Source: Candidatus Bathyarchaeota archaeon
GTDB taxonomy: Archaea > Thermoproteota > Bathyarchaeia > 40CM-2-53-6
Reading direction: 5' to 3'
NCBI GenBank assembly: GCA_963833125.1
Contig: CAWHWX010000016.1
Coordinates: 288,001-352,000, forward strand
Length of the DNA: 64,000 nt
Positions within the stretch are counted from its first letter, which is position 1, and the number at the start of each line of letters is the position of its first letter. The translations under genes and the position numbers were made by a program. Shown piece by piece: positions 1 through 9,759 of the stretch. The notes below the pieces were generated by a model. The model searched no databases and had not been told where the DNA came from. It worked only from the letters and a program-made list of their open reading frames with translations.

Positions 1-734
1 CCATCAAGTCTCGACTTTTTGCGGGATGGTTTGGAAATGTACTCCAAATTAAGGGGTAGGATTTCTGCGTAGGTTTGCTGAAGTTCTGTTGGCTCGACGA
101 CTTGCAGGCTTGGATCCTTCGGATCTCCGCGAATAATTTGGAAATAGTGCCCGTCTAAGTCTTGGGTCTGTTTGAAGAACTGGCCTAACGGAATTATTTC
201 GCTTCGATTTTCGCTGGTTATTACAGAGTTTACGTAGAGTGTTAAGTTGGGGGCGTTCTCTCTGACTCGTTCAAGTTCAGCCATGGTTTTGAGGGCTTTC
301 TCGAAGTTGCCTGGGACAGCCCTAATTCTGTCATGGGTTTCGCTGAAACCGTCGATCGAGATATCTATCTCAAGTTGAATCTCGGGGCACTCTTCGAGAA
401 CCGCGACAACGGTCTTAACGGTCTGTTCTGTAGGAAGCCCATTAGTAGGGATTCGAACATCGCGAATGTTGTTGTTGGTATAGAAGAGGTGTATGATCTT
501 CGCGAGGTCTTTCCTTAAGAACGGTTCTCCGCCTGAGAGCCAGAGGTCGTGGAATGTTGGCATTGTTGATGATAGTTTGTTGAGTTCATCGAACGTCATG
601 TCCCCCTTACGGTTGAGTTCCAACCAGTAAAAGCACGTTCTGCAACGTGCGTTGCAGACCGAGGTGACGAATAATATGACCAGGTCGAGCTGTTTCTTGA
701 CTAGGGGTTTCAGAAATGCTTCACGGTGAGGCAA
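1..734 (-). CDS. Radical SAM protein (runs off the left edge of the window)
   Basis: Not in the ORF track. Manual minus-strand translation from TTG at 734 gives LPHREAFLKPLVKKQLDLVILFVTSVCNARCRTCFYW...LWLSGGEPFLRKD...IPTNG...ISIDGFSETHDRIRAVPGNFEKA, with the CxxxCxxC and GGEP motifs. Confidence 0.85.
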   Translation of the reverse strand, partial: MPHREAFLKPLVKKQLDLVILFVTSVCNARCRTCFYWLELNRKGDMTFDELNKLSSTMPTFHDLWLSGGEPFLRKDLAKIIHLFYTNNNIRDVRIPTNGLPTEQTVKTVVAVLEECPEIQLEIDISIDGFSETHDRIRAVPGNFEKALKTMAELERVRENAPNLTLYVNSVITSENRSEIIPLGQFFKQTQDLDGHYFQIIRGDPKDPSLQVVEPTELQQTYAEILPLNLEYISKPSRKKSRLD

Positions 735-740
735 GGGTGT

Positions 741-1916
741 TTAACCAACCAGTTTGTACTTTCGGCCTCGCCATTCGATCTCGTTCATTCGGGCCGACTT
801 GATTATGCAGTACGTCATAATCCATGGGACAATAAGGCTTGCTATCGAATCAGCCATTCGATTCTTCTCGAACTTTTGGGCATACTCCGGCATTGCTCGT
901 TTGAACGTGGTGATTCTTTGGCTACTCCTAAAGATCCCTACGATCGATGGAGCGAACAGGAGTGCACTAGGAATGAACCAATTTGGAGAGGAGAGTACTC
1001 CAGCGGCGAGGCAACCGAGAGCGAGTATCATGAGTATTGAGAAGAAAGCATAGGCTGCGAATCCATACCGCCATAGTGCGTGGTTGAATGCTTTCGTCAG
1101 GGCTATTTGGCGTGTGGCCCAATTGAAGAAACTACGACCTGTGGCTCGGTTGTGGGTAGCCACTGTACATTGAGGAAGGAAGATTGTTCCATAACCGTGC
1201 TTCTTCAGGGCTGAGTTCAGTGACAAATCGTCGCTGATCGCATCCTTCCACACCGTTTGTATGTCAATCGCGTTCAACGTTTCAGTGCGAATCGCCATTG
1301 CTCCACCCCAAGGGAAGTTGTAGCGTTCGTTGAACATCAGATTCGTGCCCGCCGCATTCCACGCCGACTCTACATGCGACCAGAATCCGCCTCGCAAAGG
1401 GAAGTACCACCGAAAACCCGTGGTTGCCCCTACTGAATCATCCGCTAGGGGAGCCACCAGATCTGCCAACCATCCCCGTGGAATGGAGGCATCACTATCG
1501 ACAAACGCGAAGGCTTCACTTGTTTTAGCGTCTTTTTCGATTGCTGTTAAGAGTGCGGCGACCTTTCCGCTGGCATTTGGGTAGTCGTTGGAATTGTACA
1601 GTTGAGCGTCTTCGCCTGCATGGCGGCTTAGAATTGCGTTAATGATCGAATACGCAGGGTCCTCCACGTTATCAGTCACTACGATCGTCCGATAGTTCGG
1701 ATAGTCTTGGTTGAGTATTGCTTCTACGTGCTTCTCTAACTCGGGTTCATCACCCTTGCACGCCATCACAATACAAGTCCGAAGAGTAAACCTGGGACAG
1801 GGCTTGTTGAGTGTGATGGCGACCTGATCGTCGAATTTGACTCCAAGATAATGGGAATAGGCTGATGCGAGAACTGCCACAATGCCAAAGAAGACTAGCA
1901 GATCATACGCAATCAT
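741..1916 (-). CDS. Membrane glycosyltransferase, GT2/GT21 (ceramide glucosyltransferase/HpnI-like)
   Basis: N-terminal TM helix, QDYP, GKV, FVDSDA (DxD), SDD and WATRQ motifs, C-terminal TM helices and a WRGRKY tail. Confidence 0.8.
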   Translation of the reverse strand: MIAYDLLVFFGIVAVLASAYSHYLGVKFDDQVAITLNKPCPRFTLRTCIVMACKGDEPELEKHVEAILNQDYPNYRTIVVTDNVEDPAYSIINAILSRHAGEDAQLYNSNDYPNASGKVAALLTAIEKDAKTSEAFAFVDSDASIPRGWLADLVAPLADDSVGATTGFRWYFPLRGGFWSHVESAWNAAGTNLMFNERYNFPWGGAMAIRTETLNAIDIQTVWKDAISDDLSLNSALKKHGYGTIFLPQCTVATHNRATGRSFFNWATRQIALTKAFNHALWRYGFAAYAFFSILMILALGCLAAGVLSSPNWFIPSALLFAPSIVGIFRSSQRITTFKRAMPEYAQKFEKNRMADSIASLIVPWIMTYCIIKSARMNEIEWRGRKYKLVG

Positions 1917-1962
1917 ATCGAGAGTCAGGAGCCTTCCACGCGGTAAGATTGATCTGCGTGAA

Positions 1963-2157
1963 CTAAGCTTCGATGACTTCGCATCGAATTTGCTTTAGCA
2001 TTTCTGCTGCTTTTTGAGGGTCAACTTTGATCGTATATAGATGATGCGTTGTTCGGAGCTTCAATCTTACAATGTCCTGAAGTCGTTTTACTCGGCACTC
2101 GGTTGCGCGTTCTGAAATCTTCACAAATTCTTCCGTGTCGCTAATTTCTCTTGGCAC
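1963..2157 (-). CDS. rpl38e: 50S ribosomal protein L38e
   Basis: MPREI...F...RA.ECRVKR...V.LKLRT..LYT.KVD is the L38e signature; 64 aa. Confidence 0.85.
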   Translation of the reverse strand: MPREISDTEEFVKISERATECRVKRLQDIVRLKLRTTHHLYTIKVDPQKAAEMLKQIRCEVIEA

Positions 2158-2214
2158 TGTGCTCTGACCGTCCGCCGCGTAAGAACTATTGGGAAATATA
2201 AACCTGAACCATCG

Positions 2215-3072
2215 TCAGCGGGAGAATACAAGCAATTCTTCGTCGTAACGTCTTCCCTCGACAATTGATCCAGGCGGCTTCTTGTCGATCCTCCTACTTG
2301 CTAGAAGTTCACGAAGCTTGTCATCCGCTTCTTGGCGTGAGAGGGTCGCATTTGTAAGTAGGGTTAGGGGTATGTCTACCGCAAGTGGCCGGGAAGGTAT
2401 TACATGGCGCGTCACTTTATGCGGTAATAGCCGGCCTTCCAGGCCGAAGTCGCGTATCTCTTCTTTCCTAAAGACCGGCATTGCGATGGCGAGGTTCGCT
2501 TTGTCAGATTTGAGCAGCTGCATTGCATTAGCCTCGGATAGATAGCTAACGTCGTGGCCGCCTTTCACAAGTTGTTCCTCTAGAGCAGTCGCTGTTCGGC
2601 AGCGTTCAATGGAGTCTGTGGGCGAGGGTAGGGAAAATATGGTTCCATCTTTGGTTAGGATAATCGATTCGGCATCATAATCTATGGTGGCTGCATCAAC
2701 CTTCCGCTTAGAATAATTCAAATTCATTTTCGAAAGCAAGTTCTCGGCAACAGATACGGGTTCGTTTACTGTGAAGAGTCTGAACCAAGAGCCAACTTTG
2801 ATTTGAGGACTGCTATAGTCGAGCAGGCAACAAGGAGCAAAACGGCAGCCGAGTCGCTTTAGGGCATTGAATCGGTGCATTCCGTCGAGGATTAGGAAGT
2901 CGCCTTGATCTACAATGAGTGGATCGTGAACCTCCGCATCCACCCTGATCTCTTTAGAGAGTCTCTGCACAACTTCCTCAATTACTTCCTCGTGGGGTTT
3001 CAGTTCTTCAATCCCAATCATCGATAGGCGGAGTTTCAAAGTTGAAGAACTGATTTCCAATCCCTTCTTCAC
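2215..3072 (-). CDS. ParB/sulfiredoxin-like N-terminal domain protein
   Basis: LKPHEE, PLIVD and ILDGMHR ParB-like motifs; C-terminal LLPHKVTRH. Confidence 0.7.
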   Translation of the reverse strand: MKKGLEISSSTLKLRLSMIGIEELKPHEEVIEEVVQRLSKEIRVDAEVHDPLIVDQGDFLILDGMHRFNALKRLGCRFAPCCLLDYSSPQIKVGSWFRLFTVNEPVSVAENLLSKMNLNYSKRKVDAATIDYDAESIILTKDGTIFSLPSPTDSIERCRTATALEEQLVKGGHDVSYLSEANAMQLLKSDKANLAIAMPVFRKEEIRDFGLEGRLLPHKVTRHVIPSRPLAVDIPLTLLTNATLSRQEADDKLRELLASRRIDKKPPGSIVEGRRYDEELLVFSR

Positions 3073-3126
3073 TTGAGGGGGCTGGTGACTCGGCCTCTAA
3101 GGCTTACTGGTGGATATTCCCGATGA

Positions 3127-3157
3127 AAAGGGGGAGGTTCGGTCGTTCGATCGAACC
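3127..3157 (-). terminator. Hairpin followed by a pyrimidine tract; possible terminator of the small Zn-finger gene
   Basis: GGTTCGGTCG (3136-3145) pairs with CGATCGAACC (3148-3157); on the minus strand it is followed by TCCCCCTTTT. Confidence 0.35.
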
Positions 3158-3206
3158 GACTGATGGGAAATAGTGGACCGGTCTTACACGCGGCGTAAGG
3201 GGTGCA

Positions 3207-3353
3207 CTACTTCGTGAATTTCGTCATCTTCGTGCCGCAAGTTGGACAAGTCGCACGCATCATGTTGCGGCCCTTAGCGGTCTTCTCCATCGTAGTCTGA
3301 TCGTCAGGTACAGTTTTCTTCTCTTTACACTTTACACAAAACATTTCAGCCAA
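3207..3353 (-). CDS. Small CxxC...CxxC protein, DUF5679-like (48 aa)
   Basis: Below the ORF-track cutoff. Manual translation: MAEMFCVKCKEKKTVPDDQTTMEKTAKGRNMMRATCPTCGTKMTKFTK. TTG start preceded by purine-rich AGGGGAGGGA. Confidence 0.8.
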   Translation of the reverse strand: MAEMFCVKCKEKKTVPDDQTTMEKTAKGRNMMRATCPTCGTKMTKFTK

Positions 3354-3553
3354 TGAACATTCCCTCCCCTTTCTGAATCGAGTTAAGTTTAGCGGATGTT
3401 CAACCCATAAAAGCCTTGCTAGAGAACCTAAACCCGCGATATTTCACGCGAAATAGACAAACAGCATATCAAGAATAGGTTATTTCGGCGTGAGAATTGA
3501 CGAAAACGATTAGACCATATGGAAGGGATGAGAGTGGCGTTTGGGTGTAATGG

Positions 3554-4494
3554 TTGTCTGCGCGTAAACTGATCTCAATTATTGGTACAGGTAAGTTAGG
3601 GAGTGCTGTGGCACTACAAGTCGCTCAAAGAGAGCTCGGCGATCTAAGACTCGTCGATATAATTCAGGGGCTTCCGCAGGGCGAAGCGCTTGACTTAGGG
3701 CAAATGGTGGCAGAGCAAGGAACCGATCTCGACATTGTCGGATCGAACGATTACAAAGACATCGCAGGTTCGGATGTTGTTGTCGTGATCGGTGGTCTAG
3801 GAAGGAAACCGGGCATGACTCGCCTCGATTTGCAGGAAAAGAATGAGAGTATAATTCGAGACATTTGCGAGAAGATTCGGGAGTATGCACCAAAAACGCT
3901 TGTGTTGATGGTTACGAACCCGCTTGACGTTATGACCTATTTGGCGTGGAAAGTTACGGGGTTCGAACCAGCTCGAGTGTTCGGACAGAGTGGGATGCTT
4001 GATACTATGCGGTTCAAGTACTTCATCGCGAAAGCATTGGGAGTGTCGACCAGCTCCATTCGATGCGGTTGTGATCGGTGAACATGGAGACTCGATGGTA
4101 CCCCTTCCCCGATTCTCAACCGTGAACGGTGCGCCGATTACTGAATTGCTTTCTCAGGCTCAAGTAAACGAGGCCATCGAACGGACTAGAAAGATCGCCG
4201 CAGAAGTCATAGCGCTCAAAGGGGCGACAATTTTCGCTCCGGCGCACGGCATTGCTAGGATGGTTGAGAGTGTGATCAAAGACAAGAAGATGGTGCTCTG
4301 CGTTACGGCTCACTTGAACGGCGAGTATGGCCTAAAGGATGTGTATGTGGATGTTCCAGCGGTTCTTGGTGTGCGAGGCGTTGAACAGCGTGATTGAACT
4401 AAAATTGAATAGTGAAGAGAGAGCGGCTTTCATGAAGTCTGTTGACGTTGTGAAAGCTGCCTGCGGCCACCTAAAGACCGTCACCGTTTCCTGA
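3554..4494 (+). CDS. mdh: Malate dehydrogenase (LDH-like), two apparent frameshifts near 4060 and 4390
   Basis: IIGTGKLG, GEALDL, RKPGMTRLDL, VTNPLD and VIGEHGDSMVP motifs spread over three frames; the last frame reads IELKLNSEERAAF...TVS-stop. Confidence 0.85.
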
Positions 4495-5271
4495 TTAATG
4501 AGCGGCTCTTGCCCTAGCCACGCGATTTGCTATCTGTGCGGCAACAACTCCTGCGGCTACGCCTGAGTCAATATTGACTACCGCGAGGCCTAGAGAGCAA
4601 GCCTGCAACATGGCCATCAATGCTGCTTCACCCTGGCCGCCATAACCATAACCCGAGGAGGCTGGGACAGCAATCAAAGGCAGGTCAATCAGACCCGCGA
4701 CGACGGTGGGCAGTGCACCTTCGCGGCCTGCAATAACGACTAGACAATCCACATCACTCTCCAGCATCCTCTTCAAGGGTTCTACTAGTCGGTGTATTCC
4801 AGCCACTCCGGCGTCAGCCTCCAAGAACGTTTGACATCCCATCTCCTGCGCAATCATCACCGCCTCCTCAGCTACCGCCAAGTCCACGGTACCCGCCGTT
4901 AGGACACCTACTCGGCCACCGGTCTGTCGGCCTTCAAAGTTCTTCGTACGAACTACGAGAGACTTAGCATGTGAGAAAATCTGCAGTTGATGAGCGTTGA
5001 ACTGTTTCTTTAATTCGTCGAGTTGTTGATCGTTCAGCCGCGTCGTGACTACACGGCCATTCTTCTCAAGCATCCTCTTGCAAATGAGAAGAAGATCCTC
5101 ATTGCTTTTTCCTTCTGCGAAGATTATTTCCGGAACGTTGCGTCTCGTCTCCCTACCAATATCGAGCTTCGCCACGTTGGCTACATTCTCTATAACATTC
5201 ATCTTCAACTCTTTCTCTGCTTCGTCAACCGAGATCTTGCCCTTGGCAAGTTTTTCGAGAGTTTCACGCAA
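4495..5271 (-). CDS. larB: Nickel-pincer cofactor biosynthesis carboxylase LarB
   Basis: PEIIFAEGK, TAGTVDL.VAEEA, DAGVAGIHRL, AGREGALPTVV and VVNIDSG motifs. Confidence 0.9.
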   Translation of the reverse strand: MRETLEKLAKGKISVDEAEKELKMNVIENVANVAKLDIGRETRRNVPEIIFAEGKSNEDLLLICKRMLEKNGRVVTTRLNDQQLDELKKQFNAHQLQIFSHAKSLVVRTKNFEGRQTGGRVGVLTAGTVDLAVAEEAVMIAQEMGCQTFLEADAGVAGIHRLVEPLKRMLESDVDCLVVIAGREGALPTVVAGLIDLPLIAVPASSGYGYGGQGEAALMAMLQACSLGLAVVNIDSGVAAGVVAAQIANRVARARAAH

Positions 5272-5304
5272 GAATTTTCGCCAATTAGGAAATGCCTAAG
5301 TACC

Positions 5305-6213
5305 ATGAGCAACGTGACCTCTCATAAAATGTTAACAGAAGAGCGCCCGAAAGAACTTCTTTTGCCCGAAGGCTCGGAAATTACGCCGGAGCTCTACGCC
5401 AAGGCAACGCGTGTTCTGGATGAATTAAGGACGTACCGAAAGGTTATGGTTGCGTTTTCGGGGGGAGTCGACAGCAGCCTCGTAGCACTTATTGCCACTG
5501 TGGCATCACAGGAGAATGCAATCGCCGTCACAGCAGATTCGCCAAGCCTGCCAACCTCTGAACTTAGGGAGGCGAAGGAACTCGCCCTACGAATCGGAAT
5601 CAAACACATCGTAGTCAGAACGGATGAATTGCAGGATCCTAACTACTTAGCTAATCCCGTGAACCGTTGTTATTTCTGCAAGAAAGAGTTAGGGGAGAAA
5701 CTCCTAGAATTGGCGAAAGAACTCGGAGGATACACAATCGTTGACGGGACGAATGCGGAAGATTTGAAGGGCCACAGGCCGGGAGCTGTGGCGCTTTCTG
5801 AGAAAGGAATACGAAGACCACTTGCGGAGGCAGGATTGATGAAGGATGAAGTCAGGCAGTTAGCCAAGGTTCTCGGTTTACCTAATCATGACAAGCCCTC
5901 AATGCCATGTTTGTCCTCGCGAGTGGCTTACGGTGAAATAATTACGCCCGAAAGATTGCTGAGAATCGAGCGAGCAGAGAGCTTGATTCGCTCGTTAACT
6001 GGCGTTAGGGAACTGCGGGTGCGAGATCACGGCAGTGTTGCCAGGATTGAGGTTGGCGTTGGTGAAAGAAGTCTGTTCTTTGATGAGGAACTTCTAGATA
6101 GAATTTCGGACGCCCTTCGCGAATTAGGGTATGTGCACGTGGCGTTGGACATGTCCGGTTATCGTTCGGGGAGTATGAATGGGAGTTCATCCTCCATGCG
6201 CGATCGGAAGTAA
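5305..6213 (+). CDS. larE: ATP-dependent sulfur transferase LarE
   Basis: PP-loop AFSGGVDS, NRCYFCK, DGTN.EDL..HRPG, PCLSSR and LRVRDHG..ARIE. Start trimmed to ATG 5305 (or 5329) to avoid overlap with larB. Confidence 0.9.
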   Translation: MSNVTSHKMLTEERPKELLLPEGSEITPELYAKATRVLDELRTYRKVMVAFSGGVDSSLVALIATVASQENAIAVTADSPSLPTSELREAKELALRIGIKHIVVRTDELQDPNYLANPVNRCYFCKKELGEKLLELAKELGGYTIVDGTNAEDLKGHRPGAVALSEKGIRRPLAEAGLMKDEVRQLAKVLGLPNHDKPSMPCLSSRVAYGEIITPERLLRIERAESLIRSLTGVRELRVRDHGSVARIEVGVGERSLFFDEELLDRISDALRELGYVHVALDMSGYRSGSMNGSSSSMRDRK

Positions 6214-6480
6214 AGCCAGCTCGTCGCCAACCTTTAGCCTAGTTTCCAAACCGTCCAGCGAGTTTATCTCACGTCCTGAAACCATTATCAACGCGTTAGG
6301 GCGCGGATCCAGTGTTTCTCCGTCGAGAACGAGATGCTTCAACTCGCTAAGTTCCGGTCTAGTTGCTATGTCCGCTATCGCAACCCGCACAGTCGGTTCG
6401 CCGTCAGCAAGGTTGAGTTCAACCTTCTCCGACCCAGCAGCTGATCTGAAGACTCCATAGAGTCTGAGTGAAACCTTCAA
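6187..6480 (-). CDS. MoaD/ThiS/SAMP ubiquitin-like sulfur carrier
   Basis: Beta-grasp size (97 aa), GLETRLKVGDELALLP and a C-terminal diglycine (HGG). Confidence 0.85.
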   Translation of the reverse strand: MKVSLRLYGVFRSAAGSEKVELNLADGEPTVRVAIADIATRPELSELKHLVLDGETLDPRPNALIMVSGREINSLDGLETRLKVGDELALLPIAHGG

Positions 6481-6701
6481 GGCTCTTCGAACTTCCAGTC
6501 GAAACAGGAGGGTGGCGTGTAACTAGGCCTAAAGTGGTTCTTTGAGAGGGCAGGAATGAGCCGAGGGCTGCTCTGCATTGTGAAATCATCTTTGCGACAA
6601 GAATTAGGTCAAAGACATGCTGAGGTTTAACATGTAATGCTTACTTAATGTTATTAATTGTGCAGAATAGGCGACTCCTATCACTGTGAAGTTGGTTTAC
6701 G

Positions 6702-9512
6702 ATGCGAAAGACTAGACTCTGTGCAATGATTATTGGGATTTCTCTAATCGCCTTAGTCGTTTCCGCAGTTCCCGCAACTGCCCAAATGGGTGTGTGGCGC
6801 GACATCAACCCAGACGCATACATCAGCCCACCCGCCAATCCGCAACTGAATTCCGTCTACATGTTTTCAGCCGCAGAAGGATGGGCAGTCGGCGATTCGA
6901 GACCCACCACTAACCAGACGACGGCTTTGCCGGCGATATACCACTACGACGGGTCCACCTGGAATCTGGTACCTGCTCCAAAAATCCAGGACTTCCCGGC
7001 TACCCAGGCACCCTACAACTTGACATCAGTCTCTTTTGGGCCTCCAGGGAACTTCATCAGCAAAAATGATGGATGGGCCGTCGGCTACAACAACTTACTC
7101 CCAGTGTACGGCGGACCACCGCCCTCAGCTTTGGCTCTTCACTGGGACGGCATCACTTGGAGGAGTCAGTTAGCGGGATTATCCGGACCGAATGCTGGAC
7201 CCCTTTGGTCTGACTTCATGGTTAGTAGCACTGATGTTTGGGCTGTGGGTCAGGATCCATCTGGGACTCATGGGGTATTTTGGCATTGGACCGGTACCGC
7301 TGGGTTAGGTGGAGGTTGGAATATGCCGCAAGCGCTTGTTCCATGTCCAGGTGTTACGGCAGGAAACTGCGGCATCTATTCAGTTTTCATGGTGAGTCCT
7401 ACTGAGGGATGGGCAGTTGGTGCAGGGGGAGCAATCTTTCACTATTTTGGTGGAGCGTGGAATACATTCACCTCACCGGTAGCTAACTGTCCTAATCCGG
7501 CTCCAGCTTGTACTCCTCTAAGATCGGTCTTCATGATCTCGCCAACGGAAGGGTGGGCGGTTGGTGATGGTGGCATCATAATTCATTACTCCAGTGGGAT
7601 TTGGTCAGGCCCTGTCAGCCCTGGAACAACATCGAATAATCTGTTTTCAGTCTTCATGGTCAGTTCGACCGAAGGCTGGGCATTCGGTGCGAAAGGGTCG
7701 ATCCTCCATTACTCGGGTGGGGCTTGGACGCTTCTTTCATCAAATCTGGTTCCTACGTCTCCGGTATCGTTGCTGAACTTCAACTCAGGTTTCTTTAATT
7801 CAGCGAATGACGGTTGGGTTGTTGGAACAGATGGCGTCATCGTTCACTTCGACGGCGTCAATTACGGCACCGTTACAAGTCCGACAATAAACAACTTCAC
7901 TTCGATTTCATTCGGACCGCCCTTAACTGGTCCAATAAATCCATCTGATGGTTGGGCTGTTGGCAACTCGTCGGTCACGGATGGCGTGACACCGAATGAA
8001 CCAACAATCTTCCATTGGAACGGATTCGCCTGGACGAAAGGCGTCGCAATAGGTACAACGAATAATCTCAATTCAGTGTTCAAGGTGAACACTGGGGATG
8101 TATGGGCAGTCGGTGGCGGGCCACACCCAACGGCTTCATGCAGTAGTGCATTGTGCCCCATTATACTCCATTTCACTGGTGGATCGTGGAATACAATAAC
8201 GCCTCCTCCCGGGTCGTATACCTTGAAATCGGTTTTCATGGTTAGTTCAAACGAGGGTTGGGCCGTCGGAGAGCAGGTCGCTTCACCTTATCCGACAGAA
8301 ATAATTCTGCACTACACGGTTACCGGCGGTGTAGGAACATGGGCGATATTTCCGGCCCCCTCAAGTCCTTCTCCTTTACAGGGTTTGAATTCTGTGTTCA
8401 TGCTGAATCAGAATGAAGGGTGGGCGGTTGGTGACAATGCAACAATCATTCACTACACAGTTAGCGGGGGCGTCGGGACTTGGAATTTGGTCGCAGTGAG
8501 TGGTTCTCCGACTCTTTCCTTGGACGCGAATTTGACATCAATATTCATGCTCTCTCCCACCAGCGGTTGGGCTGTTGGAGGAATTCAGGCAGCGGGATCA
8601 TTTTCCGCTGGGCCGGTCATAATCTACTGGGACGGAACTAAATGGGAACCTGTCGCCGTACCGAGCATACCTGGTGGTATTTCACCAACAGGTCATACGA
8701 GCGCGACTCTGAAGTCGGTATTCTTTTCCGCGCCGAAAGATGGTTGGGCTGTCGGGTTTCCAGGTAAACTAGTCGCGACGATATTGCACTGGGACGGGTT
8801 CTCTTGGGAACATGTTACACTTTCACCAGCCCTCTTAGGACAGGTCCCACCAATCCTAACGTCAGTCTACATGACCAGCGAGACGGACGGTTGGATAGTC
8901 GGTGGAAGCCCTGACTTCAACTTCTGTTCCGATGTTAGACCGTTGCCCACTAGTAATTGTTACTTCAGCCAAACAGCGCCGATTGGACCATTCGGCTATA
9001 AGACGCCGCTTTCAACAATGTTGAGGTTCTCGCCGTTCGGTGGGATATTCTCGACAACTTCGACTTCCATCGTTGTGTCAACTGTTTCGACCCAAACTAC
9101 AGCACTTACTACGACCATATCGTCGACTACTACTCCAGTTTGCCCGCCGAACGTCACTTTGACTGTCAAAGTTGTTGACAACCAAGGCAATCCATTGTCA
9201 GGTGTTAATGTTGTGCTTACGCCTGTAGCTTTCACGCCATGCCTGCCGGGTCCGGTGCAGGGCGTTACTAACTCGCAAGGGCTCGTTACTTTCACGGTTC
9301 CACCAGGAACATACACGGTTTCGCTCAGCAAGAATGGGGTCACGTCGACTCAGACAATCACGGTCACGTCGAGCGGTGGACAAGTGTTTACACTAACCCT
9401 CAACGTTACTCCCGGAGGAATGATACCCGGCTTCCCGCTTGAATCAATCATAGCGGGGGTCATTGTTGGGGTGGGTACGCTTGTGTTCCTTCGCCGGAGG
9501 CGTACACGTTGA
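6702..9512 (+). CDS. Large secreted surface protein with GWAVG repeats (probable beta-propellers), Ser/Thr linker, Ig-like domain and IPGFP-type C-terminal anchor
   Basis: Signal peptide; more than 10 repeats of L.SVFM.S..(E/D)GWAVG..G.I.H(Y/W).G..W; ends IPGFPLESII-TM-RRRRTR. Confidence 0.8.
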   Translation: MRKTRLCAMIIGISLIALVVSAVPATAQMGVWRDINPDAYISPPANPQLNSVYMFSAAEGWAVGDSRPTTNQTTALPAIYHYDGSTWNLVPAPKIQDFPATQAPYNLTSVSFGPPGNFISKNDGWAVGYNNLLPVYGGPPPSALALHWDGITWRSQLAGLSGPNAGPLWSDFMVSSTDVWAVGQDPSGTHGVFWHWTGTAGLGGGWNMPQALVPCPGVTAGNCGIYSVFMVSPTEGWAVGAGGAIFHYFGGAWNTFTSPVANCPNPAPACTPLRSVFMISPTEGWAVGDGGIIIHYSSGIWSGPVSPGTTSNNLFSVFMVSSTEGWAFGAKGSILHYSGGAWTLLSSNLVPTSPVSLLNFNSGFFNSANDGWVVGTDGVIVHFDGVNYGTVTSPTINNFTSISFGPPLTGPINPSDGWAVGNSSVTDGVTPNEPTIFHWNGFAWTKGVAIGTTNNLNSVFKVNTGDVWAVGGGPHPTASCSSALCPIILHFTGGSWNTITPPPGSYTLKSVFMVSSNEGWAVGEQVASPYPTEIILHYTVTGGVGTWAIFPAPSSPSPLQGLNSVFMLNQNEGWAVGDNATIIHYTVSGGVGTWNLVAVSGSPTLSLDANLTSIFMLSPTSGWAVGGIQAAGSFSAGPVIIYWDGTKWEPVAVPSIPGGISPTGHTSATLKSVFFSAPKDGWAVGFPGKLVATILHWDGFSWEHVTLSPALLGQVPPILTSVYMTSETDGWIVGGSPDFNFCSDVRPLPTSNCYFSQTAPIGPFGYKTPLSTMLRFSPFGGIFSTTSTSIVVSTVSTQTTALTTTISSTTTPVCPPNVTLTVKVVDNQGNPLSGVNVVLTPVAFTPCLPGPVQGVTNSQGLVTFTVPPGTYTVSLSKNGVTSTQTITVTSSGGQVFTLTLNVTPGGMIPGFPLESIIAGVIVGVGTLVFLRRRRTR

Positions 9513-9547
9513 CTGAGCAGTTCTCTCTATCCAACCGCAGATCACGG

Positions 9548-9685
9548 ATGGCAAACATAACCGCAACCCTTCCCATACAGCTTCTCGATAAGATGGACGA
9601 CCTGATCGACAAGGACAAGGTACCTTCGCGTTCTTTCGTGATTCGTGAGGCTGTAAGGCGGTACCTTAAGGAGTTGGAGAAATGA
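9548..9685 (+). CDS. Ribbon-helix-helix (CopG-like) regulator, 45 aa
   Basis: Below the ORF-track cutoff. Manual translation MANITATLPIQLLDKMDDLIDKDKVPSRSFVIREAVRRYLKELEK fits the RHH pattern (beta strand, helix, SRS.VIR.A). Confidence 0.8.
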   Translation: MANITATLPIQLLDKMDDLIDKDKVPSRSFVIREAVRRYLKELEK

Positions 9686-9695
9686 ACGTTCTGTG

Positions 9696-9724
9696 TTTGT
9701 GTTGCACAAAACAACACTTATATG
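9696..9724 (+). promoter_or_regulatory. Inverted repeat next to a TATA box upstream of the second GWAVG gene
   Basis: TTTGTG-ttg-CACAAA (9696-9710), then TTATAT at 9718-9723, about 40 nt before ATG 9760. Confidence 0.4.
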
Positions 9725-9759
9725 GGGAACCGGAAGGGAATAGGAGTTAGCGATTACGC

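Noticed and set aside
3115-3171. Possible box C/D sRNA (CGATGA...CTGA within an ATTCCC/GGGAAAT stem)
   Set aside because: No recognisable D'/C' boxes or guide spacing; the internal 10-bp hairpin fits a minus-strand terminator better. Not fully excluded.
5023-5304. N-terminal extension of the LarE ORF
   Set aside because: Overlaps larB on the opposite strand; LarE similarity begins after about 5305.
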